From positions 14,969 through 78,968 of the forward strand of contig CALFZX010000016.1 in NCBI GenBank assembly GCA_937952315.1: DNA of 64,000 nt, written 5' to 3'. Position numbers and translations under genes: made by a program. The notes under the pieces were generated by a model. That model had not been told where the DNA came from and did not search any database. It saw only the letters and a list, made by a program, of their open reading frames with translations. The DNA comes from an uncultured bacterium. GTDB lineage: Bacteria > Patescibacteriota > Minisyncoccia > CAIUEV01. Shown here piece after piece: positions 1 through 9,598 of this stretch; position 1 is the first letter of the stretch, and every line of letters starts with the position of its first letter.

Positions 1-1
1 G

Positions 2-223
2 GACAGTTGTATTGATCCTTATACGGCTATTGGGAATGGCGTTACGGTTAAAGGAACGGAGGTTTCTCATTCGATTATTTGCGACGGAACTCAAATTTTA
101 GATTGCGGAGTGCGTGTTGTGGATAGTCTTATCGGTAGAAACTCAATAGTGAAGGCGGAGGATTATTCCCTACCTAGTGGACACAAGCTAGTTGTTGGGG
201 ATAATGCTCAAGTTGAACTTTGA
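2..223 (+). CDS. 3' end of a sugar-nucleotidyltransferase/acyltransferase-like gene (left-handed beta-helix hexapeptide C-terminus), partial
   Basis: Frame from nt 2 is open to TGA at 221-223 and translates ...GNGVTVKGTEVSHSIICDGTQILDCGVRVVDSLIGRNSIVKAEDYSL..VGDNAQVEL. The imperfect [LIV]-G-x4 hexapeptide periodicity is typical of NDP-sugar pyrophosphorylase C-termini. N-terminus is outside the window. Confidence 0.4.
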   Translation, partial: DSCIDPYTAIGNGVTVKGTEVSHSIICDGTQILDCGVRVVDSLIGRNSIVKAEDYSLPSGHKLVVGDNAQVEL

Positions 224-253
224 TTAAAGAATTTCTAAAAAAGAAGAAAATTA

Positions 254-2605
254 ATGCAAAGCTATATTTATGTAGATATAGATGATGAAATTACTACTGT
301 TATCGGCAAACTCAAGGCCAACCAAGAGGGTCGTGAAGTTTTTTTGGTGGTGCCTAAAAGGGCCTTGATCGCTCAAAGTTTGGTTAATCTTCAATTGTTA
401 GATAAGGAAGCAAAAAAAATAGCTAAAAAATTAATTTTTGTTTCACCTGATGCTCACACCAGAAAAACGGCGGAGAAAGCCGGTTTGGAAGTAAAAAAAT
501 ATGTAGCCAAACCAGAAGAACCTCTGAAACAGGAGAATTCTCAACAAGTCGTTGTTCCCAGAAAACTTTCACCGGCCGAAGAGGAAGCTGCCAAGGAAGA
601 ACTTAATTTATTAATGGGTAAAAGCTTGCCAAAGCAGGAAAAAGGTCCAAAGCCGATCCCCGGTTTCAGCTTAAAGCCGACAACTTTTGTTGCCGGGTCT
701 TCTTTTGCTCCGCCTCGGCCGATCATTAACCAGCCGGCAAAGCCATTGGCTTCACCAGTGCTTGCTCCTCCCGCCTTATTAAATAAAAAAATTATTGATC
801 CGCTTATTCAAAATCAATTACAAGTTGAAAATTCCCAGCCAAAGTCGGAGGCTGAAGAAATAAAAAAACCGAAGCATCCGGTAATCGACTTAAGAAAGAA
901 GTCGAAGAATGAAGATCCTAAGCTATCTCTAACTAGTCAAACGACAAAATCCACCGTCGATCAAAAATTGGAGGAAAATCCGTTCAAAGTTCGATCAATC
1001 TTAAGCAAAGAGGAAGGAGCCGTAGCTCCTTTACTTCCTTCTTCGGGAGAGGCGTCTCGGCAACAACAGCCGGCTCAATTCTTAGAAAAAAAACAAAATT
1101 TGTCGAATCCGGTTGTTGATTTTCGCTCTCAAACAAAAGAATTGGCCAATTTGACTCTGAAAGAAAAAGAAAGATTGAGAGATTTGTGGATGGAAAACAA
1201 GGGAGTTGTCAGAGGAAAATTTGTTAAAAAACAGGGAAATATTGATTTAAAAAAGGAAGAGCAGAAAAAAATATCGACTTCCTCATCGTTTGAACAAAAC
1301 GATAGCGTAATCAAAACCACCAGGAGAATAGTCTCCGGAACAGGGAAAATAGTGGATTTAAGAGTGAAAAAAAATAGTTTAACGGGAGATCCGACAGTCG
1401 CCGGTCTAAAAAAAAAAGATCAACGAGAGATTGTTTTACCCGTGATTAATGTTCGTTTTTTTTCTTTTTTCATCTTGATTATTCTGGCAGTCTTGTTGAT
1501 AATTGGGGGGATTGTCCTGCCTAAGGCGGATGTTAGTGTAACTTCTAAAAATTTGGCCTCTGATTTTGAACTGGGCTTTAAAGTCAGCGGAGAAACGGCG
1601 GAAATTAACTTGGCGGAAAAAATTTTGCCGGGTAGTCCGGTTAGATTTAAACTAACTCAGGAGAACATATTTTCCGCTTCCGGAGAAAAAGAGGTAAAAG
1701 AAAAATCCAGGGGTCAAGTTACTTTCTATAATACTGGCGCATCGGCTATTGAAGTTAAGAAAAACACAATTATCACCGGAGATAAAGGCAGAAAATATTT
1801 TACCCTCTCTCCGATTAGCGTACCGGCCGCTTCGACTCCCGTTGCCACGGAAACAGCCGATAATTCTAACGACAATGCCTCTGTTGAATCTCAATCGGGA
1901 GAAGCTTCGGTTGAGATTGTCGCGGGTGATTTCGGTCCGGAATATGATTTAAAAAATGGGTCAACGGTGGAGATAGAAGAAGGCTTCGACAATGTTTCAG
2001 CTAAAATTACCAGGTCGCTGACCGGTGGGAAAGTTGAGAAAGTCAAAGTCGTTACGGAGGAAGACATAAATAAAGCCAAAGAGGAGTTGACGGCAAAAAT
2101 TCGGGAAAAGAGCGCTGAAGAGGCAAAAAAATATTTTGATTTCCAGAAGGGAGAGATCTTGTTTCCCAGCGAATCCGGCTTGGAAGAAATTTCATTTTCT
2201 TCGTCGAAGAACAAAGATGATATAGGCGAAAATTTTTCTGCGAAAATAGAAGGCTCTTTCTTCGCTCTAACTTTTTCCTCTTCAGACGCAGAAAGGATGG
2301 CGGAACAGGAGGTCGCCGGTGAGGATCAAAATAAAAAAGGTGAAATTTCCATCGTTAATTTTAAAGTGGTGAACTTTAATCCTCTGGAAAACCAAATGGA
2401 GATCAGCGGTAATTTTCAGCACAAAGAAAAAGCTGATCCGAAAAGCGAGGAGCTAAGAAGTTATTTGGTGGCGAAAAGTCGTAAGGAGGGTGAAGATTTT
2501 TTGAGTAGAAACAGCGATATTGAAAAATTCGAAATAAGAATATTTCCCGGTTGGCTTCCGTGGTTTCCTTTACTGGAAAAGAATATCGAAATAAAAATTG
2601 ACTAA
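254..2605 (+). CDS. large hypothetical membrane protein (N-terminal ~80-aa globular domain, long low-complexity K/E/P-rich region, one TM helix near aa 400, extracytoplasmic C-terminal domain)
   Basis: 783-aa ORF with a hydrophobic segment FFSFFILIILAVLLIIGGIVLP. No family recognised from sequence alone. Confidence 0.45.
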   Translation: MQSYIYVDIDDEITTVIGKLKANQEGREVFLVVPKRALIAQSLVNLQLLDKEAKKIAKKLIFVSPDAHTRKTAEKAGLEVKKYVAKPEEPLKQENSQQVVVPRKLSPAEEEAAKEELNLLMGKSLPKQEKGPKPIPGFSLKPTTFVAGSSFAPPRPIINQPAKPLASPVLAPPALLNKKIIDPLIQNQLQVENSQPKSEAEEIKKPKHPVIDLRKKSKNEDPKLSLTSQTTKSTVDQKLEENPFKVRSILSKEEGAVAPLLPSSGEASRQQQPAQFLEKKQNLSNPVVDFRSQTKELANLTLKEKERLRDLWMENKGVVRGKFVKKQGNIDLKKEEQKKISTSSSFEQNDSVIKTTRRIVSGTGKIVDLRVKKNSLTGDPTVAGLKKKDQREIVLPVINVRFFSFFILIILAVLLIIGGIVLPKADVSVTSKNLASDFELGFKVSGETAEINLAEKILPGSPVRFKLTQENIFSASGEKEVKEKSRGQVTFYNTGASAIEVKKNTIITGDKGRKYFTLSPISVPAASTPVATETADNSNDNASVESQSGEASVEIVAGDFGPEYDLKNGSTVEIEEGFDNVSAKITRSLTGGKVEKVKVVTEEDINKAKEELTAKIREKSAEEAKKYFDFQKGEILFPSESGLEEISFSSSKNKDDIGENFSAKIEGSFFALTFSSSDAERMAEQEVAGEDQNKKGEISIVNFKVVNFNPLENQMEISGNFQHKEKADPKSEELRSYLVAKSRKEGEDFLSRNSDIEKFEIRIFPGWLPWFPLLEKNIEIKID

Positions 2606-4548
2606 TAGGGATTTTCTCCGTCCTTGATTACTCGGCTCATGAATTCGGTAACCGTCGGATCATCCTCTAAAAAAGTATTTTTCTTAACCGTTTTTGAGGT
2701 AATAGTCTCTTGAGTGAAAGTATCGATCGCTTTAAAATTAGATTCGCTGAACAATTCCATTGTTTTTCCGTAGTCATTTTCTGTCGGCGTAATGGCGATT
2801 TGAAAAACTAAATTGACTTCCGGTGTTTCGCTACCCGCTCCAGCCGGAATACGATCTTTGCTCCAAATAATTTCGCGAGTACCCGGCTTGTAAGTTACGC
2901 CGGTTTTTGTTGGAAAAACGCTATCCGTCCATTCAACCCCGAAAGGTAAAACCGATTTAACCTCGACACCCCTCAAGTCATTGAAAGCGTTGGTGACTCT
3001 CCAGTGAACGGTATAGGTGGTTTTTTTGCCAACGGTTGGCGGAAGCGGACCACTGTTGGGGATAGTTCCGTCGCTATAATAGACTTTAGTTTCAAATCCA
3101 ACGAAAGAACTCAGTTTGAATTCAAGATTTTTTCCAAGGACCACTTTGTTTGTTCCGACGGGCGTAGGCATCTCCGGACTCTCTATACTGACTTGGGTGG
3201 TGCCGGTAAAATTTGTCTTTTGATTGTCGGCGAAGGGAATAAAATCGGCTATTCTAACGGTAAAGGAAAGCCTGCCGGAAGAATTCGGCTTCAATACTGC
3301 GAGTTCGGGAGTTTTTCCACCCTGCCAAATGATTTCTTTGGTATTAGGGTCGAACCAGCCGTCGTTTTCCGGTTTGATGCCTTCTTTATAATCAAAAATA
3401 GCTCCGTTCAGTTTGACTTTTACCATGGCTTGGTTGATCGCCCTTTCAGAAGTATTTTGATATTTAATATCAACGCGAACCTCATCTTTTTTGTGAACAA
3501 TGCTTTGTCCGCTAATTATTTCTTGAGAAATAGTCACCGGCGGTTCAGTGATGCTGGAAACAGCGTCTTTCTTTATATATTCGCTGAACCCCTCATCGTT
3601 TTCTATGCCTACGGTGACATTAATGAATTTCTGATCGCCGGTTTTACCGTTGAGCTTGCCTTCGATAGTTAAAGTTTTTTCTTCGTTGCTGAGCAGGGTG
3701 GGGATTTTCCAATTATTTTTCTTTTCTCCCTCAAGTTCGGGATTACTTGTTATGAAGGAGAACCCCTGCGGATAAGTTATTTTGGCTACCAAGTTTTGAA
3801 AGGGCTCTTTGCCGTTGTTGCGAACACGAACTTGGTAATTAACCGCGTAACCGTCAGCAACAGTTCGCGTCGGCTCGATATTCAGACTGAGAGGGACACC
3901 GATAACTCGAGTGCTGCAAAAACTTTCGTTTTTAAATTCGGAATTAAAATTTTCCGGTGTATAGGAAAGAAAGCTTTTGAACTGAACGGAATCCTCATCT
4001 TTGCGAACAAAACGGCCTTTTATTTCGATTATTCCGTCCTGTTGAGCTTTTAAATCTGACAAGCTCCACTCAGCGATATTTTTATTTGTACTGTTGGCTT
4101 GAGGTTTGGTGCTGGCAAGGGAATAATTTGAAGGAAATTCCAGAGTGATTTTGGCATTTTTTGCATCTAGAGGATTGTTATTGGAATAAAGAAGATTGAT
4201 TACAAAATCCTCATTTATATTAACAGCCGAAGGAGCTTTAAGCTCTATTTTTACTTGCTCTTGCTTAAATTCTTGATAGGTAAAAAAATATACCAAATAA
4301 CCGCTGACGGCAATTAAAAACCCGCCCAGGAGAATCGACCCTATCAACATAAAAAGAGTTTTTTGTTTCTTGGTAGTGTTAGTCTCGATAACCCACTCGG
4401 AATCTTTATTTTTTTCATTGATTTTTTGACTGTCATCTGAGGACGGGGCGAGATTTGATCGAGGGTCGTAAGTGTCCAGCTTGGGCTTCCGACTTTCAAT
4501 ATCGCTTTGCTTTGAGTAAAGTTTTTGTCTTAAATCCTGAAGTTTCAT
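2602..4548 (-). CDS. cell-surface protein with DUF11/CARDB-type repeats (N-in, single TM anchor)
   Basis: 648 aa. TM LFMLIGSILLGGFLIAVSGYLVYFF follows ~65 cytoplasmic residues. Repeated ~100-aa units resemble the 'conserved repeat domain' (e.g. TVADGYAVNYQVRVRNNGKEPFQNLVAKITYPQGFSF). Converges on the upstream gene with a 4-nt overlap. Confidence 0.5.
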   Translation of the reverse strand: MKLQDLRQKLYSKQSDIESRKPKLDTYDPRSNLAPSSDDSQKINEKNKDSEWVIETNTTKKQKTLFMLIGSILLGGFLIAVSGYLVYFFTYQEFKQEQVKIELKAPSAVNINEDFVINLLYSNNNPLDAKNAKITLEFPSNYSLASTKPQANSTNKNIAEWSLSDLKAQQDGIIEIKGRFVRKDEDSVQFKSFLSYTPENFNSEFKNESFCSTRVIGVPLSLNIEPTRTVADGYAVNYQVRVRNNGKEPFQNLVAKITYPQGFSFITSNPELEGEKKNNWKIPTLLSNEEKTLTIEGKLNGKTGDQKFINVTVGIENDEGFSEYIKKDAVSSITEPPVTISQEIISGQSIVHKKDEVRVDIKYQNTSERAINQAMVKVKLNGAIFDYKEGIKPENDGWFDPNTKEIIWQGGKTPELAVLKPNSSGRLSFTVRIADFIPFADNQKTNFTGTTQVSIESPEMPTPVGTNKVVLGKNLEFKLSSFVGFETKVYYSDGTIPNSGPLPPTVGKKTTYTVHWRVTNAFNDLRGVEVKSVLPFGVEWTDSVFPTKTGVTYKPGTREIIWSKDRIPAGAGSETPEVNLVFQIAITPTENDYGKTMELFSESNFKAIDTFTQETITSKTVKKNTFLEDDPTVTEFMSRVIKDGENPY

Positions 4549-4725
4549 TTTTTATTTTTAGGGTAATTTTATTTTATTTTAATTAAAAATTTCTAAAAAG
4601 GGAAATATAATTTTAAAATAGTTGAAGGTTTCTATTTTTAATTTAAGTTTTTTAGTTTGACATCGGAAAAATAAACCTGTAAACAGACTTATGACAGTCG
4701 GTTAGTGTTAAAGTTGAATTTCGAA

Positions 4726-4799
4726 GGCGACGTAGCTCAGTCGGTTAGAGCGAGGGACTCATAAGCCCTAGGTCGGAGGTTCGATTCCTCCCGTCGCTA
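4726..4799 (+). tRNA. tRNA-Met (anticodon CAU; elongator Met or lysidine-modified Ile2)
   Basis: Cloverleaf read by eye: acceptor GGCGACG/CGTCGCT (G1-U72), D-arm GCTCAGTCGGTTAGAGC, anticodon loop CTCATAA, T-arm GGAGGTTCGATTCCTCC, discriminator A. No CCA encoded. Confidence 0.8.
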
Positions 4800-4862
4800 C
4801 TCGAGTATTTCGATTTTGAAATTTACGGACAGTGTCACTATAATATTTTACTTAAACATTCC

Positions 4863-5771
4863 ATGAAAGAGCAGAAAAAAAAGAAAAGCTACGAATTAAA
4901 CTGTCTTTTCGCGTTAAGTGATGGACAAAAAATTCAGACGATCAAGCAAAAAATAGTCGAGTGGACGAAAAAAAACGAGGGAGAAATGATTACCTTGGAA
5001 AAAACCGATGAAAACGGTAAAGTCGTCAAAGGTTCTTTTTGGGTTGAGAAAAAATATTTTGCTTATCCGATTAGAAAAAATAAAGCCGGTTTTTATTTAT
5101 ATACTTTTTTTGCTGTCGATCCCGCTCGAATTGACGATCTTTCCAGAATGTTAAAATTGGAATCGGGAGTTGTTAGATTTATGATTACAGACTCACAGAA
5201 TGTAGCAAAAATGATTCCCGTCGGAGCTGGCGAAATTGATTCCATTGAGGAATTGTCTTCTCGGGAAAAAGGTGAAGTTGAGAAAATTGAAAAAAATCAG
5301 GAGAAAGAAATTAACGCGGAGAAAAAAACAATCGAGGAGAATGAAGCTGAAGTGAAAAATTCCGTTGAGGAGAGCCCGGAGATTAAAAAAGAAATAATTA
5401 TCGCGGAAGAAATAGAAGAAACTCCAGAAAAACCTGAACCGATCGTTGAAAAAAAGGAGGAAGAAGATTCGAAAGAAGAGATTGACGAAATCGCAGAATT
5501 GAAAAAGGAAGAAGGCCCGGATAAAATTGAAAAAAACAATAACACGGTTGTCGTCGAAGAAAAAGAAGAATCCACAACCCAAAAAGAAGCTGAGGCGGAA
5601 AGCGAAACTGAAATCGAGAAACCTGCCAAAGAAGTAAAAAAAGAATCGGAAGGAGAAATTGAGAAAAGTGATGAAAAGACTGATAAGAAAAAAGATTCAA
5701 AGCAGAAAAAAATCAGCCTCGATGATTTGGACCGCCGACTGGATGATATTCTGAATGAAGAAATTCTCTAA
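4863..5771 (+). CDS. rpsF: 30S ribosomal protein S6 with a ~190-aa acidic E/K-rich C-terminal extension
   Basis: The N-terminal ~110 aa (YELNCLFAL...KYFAYPIRKNKAGFYLYTFFAVDPARIDDLSRMLKLESGVVRFMIT) matches the bS6 fold. The gene sits in the conserved rpsF-ssb-rpsR arrangement. Confidence 0.8.
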   Translation: MKEQKKKKSYELNCLFALSDGQKIQTIKQKIVEWTKKNEGEMITLEKTDENGKVVKGSFWVEKKYFAYPIRKNKAGFYLYTFFAVDPARIDDLSRMLKLESGVVRFMITDSQNVAKMIPVGAGEIDSIEELSSREKGEVEKIEKNQEKEINAEKKTIEENEAEVKNSVEESPEIKKEIIIAEEIEETPEKPEPIVEKKEEEDSKEEIDEIAELKKEEGPDKIEKNNNTVVVEEKEESTTQKEAEAESETEIEKPAKEVKKESEGEIEKSDEKTDKKKDSKQKKISLDDLDRRLDDILNEEIL

Positions 5772-5803
5772 GTTTGAAGAGCTAATTTTTCATTTTTAAT
5801 AAA

Positions 5804-6271
5804 ATGCCAATCTATCTCAACAAGGTGTTTGTTGTGGGCAGACTAACTAAAGATCCGGAAACAAAAAGTACGCCTAGCGGACAGAGAGTCACGGCTCTAA
5901 GTCTGGCTACCAATAGAGTTTTTAAAGATAAGGAAGGGAATAAACAGGAGCAGGCCGAGTTTCATAATGTTATTTTGTGGTCCAGATTGGCCGAAATAGC
6001 TTCACAGTATCTAATCAAAGGTCAAGAAGTGCTGATCGAAGGTCGTCTGCAGACCAGATCTTGGGATGGTAAGGATGGAGTTAAAAGATATCGAACCGAG
6101 ATTATTGCTGAGTCCCTTCAATTAGGTTCCAAGCCTGGTTCAAGTGCCGGAAATTCCAATTTTGGTGGCAATCAAAATTCGACGGAAAAAAAGAGCAACA
6201 ATGAGGAGAAAAAAAAGGAAGAGCCCGTTGAAGATGTCGAAGAGATAAAAATCGAGGATATTCCCTTTTAA
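5804..6271 (+). CDS. ssb: single-stranded DNA-binding protein
   Basis: OB-fold SSB signature (VFVVGRLTKDPETKSTPSGQRVTALSLATNR...WHNVILWSRLAEIASQYLIKGQEVLIEGRLQTRSW) and an acidic C-terminal tail ending DIPF. Lies between rpsF and rpsR. Confidence 0.85.
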   Translation: MPIYLNKVFVVGRLTKDPETKSTPSGQRVTALSLATNRVFKDKEGNKQEQAEFHNVILWSRLAEIASQYLIKGQEVLIEGRLQTRSWDGKDGVKRYRTEIIAESLQLGSKPGSSAGNSNFGGNQNSTEKKSNNEEKKKEEPVEDVEEIKIEDIPF

Positions 6272-6358
6272 CTCCCCAAGTTGATTTATTTGATTTATTG
6301 GTATAAATGGTTTATAAATAAACCCGAATTAAGTTTTTAAGTTTTTGATTTTTTATTT

Positions 6359-6613
6359 ATGTCGTTGAAGCCAGGAAGCAAAAAAAAGAAGAGCGCAAAT
6401 CAGCCGGAAGAGCGAAAAAAGTGTTATTTGTGCGAAAATAAGTTAGACTCTTTAGACTACAAAGATGTCGAAACTTTGAAAAAGTTTATTACTCTCCAAG
6501 GGAAGATTAAACCGCCCAGAAAAACCGGTACTTGCGCTCGACATCAGCGATTGGTGGCCAGAACAGTAAAAAGAGCGAGAACCCTGGCTATTCTGCCTGT
6601 CAAAAGAGGTTAG
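6359..6613 (+). CDS. rpsR: 30S ribosomal protein S18
   Basis: CYLCENKLDSLDYKDVETLKKFITLQGKIKPPRKTGTCARHQRLVARTVKRARTLAILP is typical bS18. Confidence 0.85.
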   Translation: MSLKPGSKKKKSANQPEERKKCYLCENKLDSLDYKDVETLKKFITLQGKIKPPRKTGTCARHQRLVARTVKRARTLAILPVKRG

Positions 6614-6677
6614 TTCTCTCGTGAAGAAGTTTGTCTAATAGAATAAATTTTTTTAGGTAAAAAATAATAAAAAATTA

Positions 6678-7664
6678 GTGTTAAGATTGGAGATTTTTTT
6701 TTCAAAAAATAAAGTTTTTTTCTTTGCGGCGCTAACAGTTCTGTTTTTTATTGCTGTTATTTTGACAGGTTGGCTTTTTTATCTCAAATATCAAAAAAAT
6801 GAGACGAATCGAATTCAATTGGAGGAGGAAATTTCTTTATTGAAGGAAAAGTTAAATAGTCAGAGCAAAGAAGGTTATGGAATTGGAATCGAGGGAGGGG
6901 TCGGCTCCGGGTTACAACCTACCGATAGCCCCAACAGTATTTCAGTGCCGATGAATACCCAACCAATAAATATGAATAACGGAATGTCACCCGCCTCTAA
7001 CGGCGGTTCGTTTGGCCCTTCCGAACCGACGATGGACGGTTCTTCCGCCAGTCAAGCAAGCGCAACGGCTACTGAAGCTGGTTCTTCTCCGACGGAGTCA
7101 CCAAAGACCAAAATTGAAGAAACGAACGCTTTAAAAGTGGAAACTTGGAAAACCTATGAAAATAAAAAGTATAAATATTCTTTCAAATATCCATCCGAGT
7201 TTAATATCGGTGAGTGCTCGACGGAAACTGAACCGTGCAAGTTGGGAAAAATAGTTGAGTCGGACGGTGGCAACACGGTTGATATGTCCAGCAGTTTTGA
7301 CGGGCAAACTTGGCCGAGAATAACTTTAACTCATTTGGAGAGCGAAGAGTATAATTTGCCGGCAGACAAAAAATTAATTGATTGGGTAAAAGAAAAATTT
7401 CCAGCCGTTGCCACGGAGATGCCTAAAAGTTATAATATAAATATAAAATCTAAAAACGGCGGATCGGAAAAAGGATTAAAAGTTAAAATTAAAGATAGCG
7501 TCGGGTCGCCATCGCCTGATAGTAACAACACGGAGCAGGAAAATTATCATTACGAAGTTTTTGTTGAAAAAGGAAGTAAAATTTTCAAAATAAATCTTCA
7601 GGGAATAAATGGCCAGACGGCTAAAGATTTCTATGATGATTGGCTGGACGAAATAAAAATCTGA
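6678..7664 (+). CDS. hypothetical membrane-anchored/secreted protein (N-terminal TM, Ser/Pro/Gly-rich linker, C-terminal globular domain)
   Basis: 328-aa ORF with a hydrophobic N-terminus (FFAALTVLFFIAVILTGWLFYL). No recognisable family. Confidence 0.4.
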   Translation: MLRLEIFFSKNKVFFFAALTVLFFIAVILTGWLFYLKYQKNETNRIQLEEEISLLKEKLNSQSKEGYGIGIEGGVGSGLQPTDSPNSISVPMNTQPINMNNGMSPASNGGSFGPSEPTMDGSSASQASATATEAGSSPTESPKTKIEETNALKVETWKTYENKKYKYSFKYPSEFNIGECSTETEPCKLGKIVESDGGNTVDMSSSFDGQTWPRITLTHLESEEYNLPADKKLIDWVKEKFPAVATEMPKSYNINIKSKNGGSEKGLKVKIKDSVGSPSPDSNNTEQENYHYEVFVEKGSKIFKINLQGINGQTAKDFYDDWLDEIKI

Positions 7665-7693
7665 AATCACGGTTAGTTGAAAGGCTCATTTTT

Positions 7694-7727
7694 AAAAAGC
7701 ATCGGCCGATAAATCCGATGCTTTTTA
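7694..7727. terminator. bidirectional rho-independent terminator between convergent genes
   Basis: AAAAAGCATCGG-loop-CCGATGCTTTTT: a 7-bp GC-containing stem with an A-run upstream and a T-run downstream, between the 6678..7664 gene (+) and rplB (-). Confidence 0.5.
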
Positions 7728-7751
7728 AGAGAAACAGTTATGAACCTTCTT

Positions 7752-8591
7752 CTATTTACGACGGCTCTTGCGTCTGCGAACAATAAATTTGTTGGAAGCT
7801 TTTTTGGCTTTTCTGGTTTTAACGCCCTTGGCTAATTTTCCCCAAGGAGTCTTTGGTGCTTTCAATCCTATCGGCTGGTTACCCTCGCCTCCACCATGCG
7901 GATGATCTACCGGATTCATAACCTTGCCTCTAACTTGTGGACGACGGCCCAACCATCTTTTTCGGCCAGCTTTTCCTATGGTGATGGTGTTGTGTTCAAC
8001 ATTACTGACACGACCGATGGTAGCGAAACACTTATCGGGAAACATCCTAATTTCACTAGAGGGCATTTGTACGGTAGTGTAGCCATTTTCATTGGCCGTA
8101 ACAATACCGGCCGATCCGGCTGATCTGATAACCTGACCTCCCTTACCGGGGAGCATCTCGAGATTAAAAATTTCCGTTCCAACGGGAATATTCTTCAATT
8201 CCGTACGATTTCCTTTTCCGATTTCCGCCTTTGAAGAAAAGATTATCTTGTCGCCTATTTTAGCGTCTTGCCAAGCAATAACATATCTTTGCTCACCGTC
8301 ATTGAAGGCCAACAAAGCAATAAAACAAGTGCGATTCGGATCTTTTTCTACCGCAATAACTTTGGCCGGGATATCGTTTTTGATACATTTGAAATCAATA
8401 ATTCGGAATCTCCTCTTATGTCCCCCACCCCGATGTCTTATTGAAATTTTACCGGTTTTCATTCGACCAACATTACGGCTGTTCTTAACCAACAGTGACT
8501 TTTTCGGTTTCTTCTTCTTGTCGAATCCGGAGGCCACAAAAGACATTACTCTCTTGCCGTTATTCTTAATTTTCTTTATCTTGATAGCCAT
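7752..8591 (-). CDS. rplB: 50S ribosomal protein L2
   Basis: Canonical uL2 motifs (GGGHKRRFRIIDF, VMNPVDHPHGGGEG) in a 279-aa product. Confidence 0.95.
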   Translation of the reverse strand: MAIKIKKIKNNGKRVMSFVASGFDKKKKPKKSLLVKNSRNVGRMKTGKISIRHRGGGHKRRFRIIDFKCIKNDIPAKVIAVEKDPNRTCFIALLAFNDGEQRYVIAWQDAKIGDKIIFSSKAEIGKGNRTELKNIPVGTEIFNLEMLPGKGGQVIRSAGSAGIVTANENGYTTVQMPSSEIRMFPDKCFATIGRVSNVEHNTITIGKAGRKRWLGRRPQVRGKVMNPVDHPHGGGEGNQPIGLKAPKTPWGKLAKGVKTRKAKKASNKFIVRRRKSRRK

Positions 8592-8622
8592 ATAAATAAA
8601 TTAAATTGATTTGAGTAGAAAA

Positions 8623-8916
8623 CTATTTAGCTTTATTGAGGGATTGACCTTCCTTTAAAGTTACAATCGCTTTTTTCTTCTTGCTTCCCTTGAGACCTTC
8701 TCCGCCACGACGAGTAACTTTTTTTGGTTTTACCGCGATAAGATTGACTTTTGCGGGTAAAATGCCATAGATTTCTTTAATGGCTTGCTTCACCATGATT
8801 TTATTCGCATCTTTTTTAACCAAAAAAGTATATTTATTCAATTTCTCATTGCCAATCACCTTTTCAGTCATTAGAGGCTTTAAAATGATATCCTTGAGAG
8901 ATTTATTCTGTTCCAT
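8623..8916 (-). CDS. rplW: 50S ribosomal protein L23
   Basis: uL23-like sequence (ILKPLMTEKV...YTFLVKKDANKIMVKQAIKEIYG). Position fits between rplD and rplB. Confidence 0.9.
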   Translation of the reverse strand: MEQNKSLKDIILKPLMTEKVIGNEKLNKYTFLVKKDANKIMVKQAIKEIYGILPAKVNLIAVKPKKVTRRGGEGLKGSKKKKAIVTLKEGQSLNKAK

Positions 8917-8934
8917 GGGCGTAATATAATTTAA

Positions 8935-9573
8935 CTAAATAGTTTTAAATCTTTCGCTAATCTTTTCTAAAGATTTTTTGTCGATCACTATATTCTTGAA
9001 AAGATAAAAATCTAATGAATTTAAGTTTTCGAAATCCTTCAATACCGTTTTTGGAAGATTTCCGGAAGCATTTTTTAAATTTTGCTTGTTGCCTTTATCT
9101 CCGACTACAAGCGTTTTTCCTTCTTTAATTCCCAAAGAGACGATTAAAGATTTAAAAACACGAGTTTTAGGTTGAATATTTTGCCAGTTTTCAACAACAA
9201 AAAGCTCCTTGCTGTCAATTTTTTTCTTGAGAGAAGTGAAAAAAAATTTTTTGGCGGTGCTGATATTGATTTTTTTAACAAAGTTTCTTTCTCCGGTTGG
9301 TCCGAAAGTTATTCCTCCACCGCGCCAAATAGGACTTCGATTAGAACCGGCACGAGCTCGCCCCGTCCCTTTCTGCTTCCAAGGCTTCTTTCCCCCACCG
9401 CGAACTTCAGCTTTACTTTTTACTTTTGCTTTATCCTTTCGGCCGTTATTTTTGATAATTGTAATGATCTCATGAGCTAAATTGGCATTCCATTTCAGAG
9501 AGAAAAAGCTCTCCGGCAGTGAGAGGGAATCAACTTCCTTACCTTCCAAATTATAGACTTTAATCTTTTCCAT
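8935..9573 (-). CDS. rplD: 50S ribosomal protein L4
   Basis: uL4 motif RGGGKKPWKQKGTGRARAGSNRSPIWRGGGITFGP. Gene-order context. Confidence 0.9.
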   Translation of the reverse strand: MEKIKVYNLEGKEVDSLSLPESFFSLKWNANLAHEIITIIKNNGRKDKAKVKSKAEVRGGGKKPWKQKGTGRARAGSNRSPIWRGGGITFGPTGERNFVKKINISTAKKFFFTSLKKKIDSKELFVVENWQNIQPKTRVFKSLIVSLGIKEGKTLVVGDKGNKQNLKNASGNLPKTVLKDFENLNSLDFYLFKNIVIDKKSLEKISERFKTI

Positions 9574-9598
9574 CTGAAGCGATTATCGTTTTAAAATA

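Noticed and set aside
5193-5700. Three overlapping minus-strand ORFs rich in F/S/L inside rpsF
   Set aside because: They are antisense frames of the GAA/AAA-rich acidic tail of S6, a compositional artefact.
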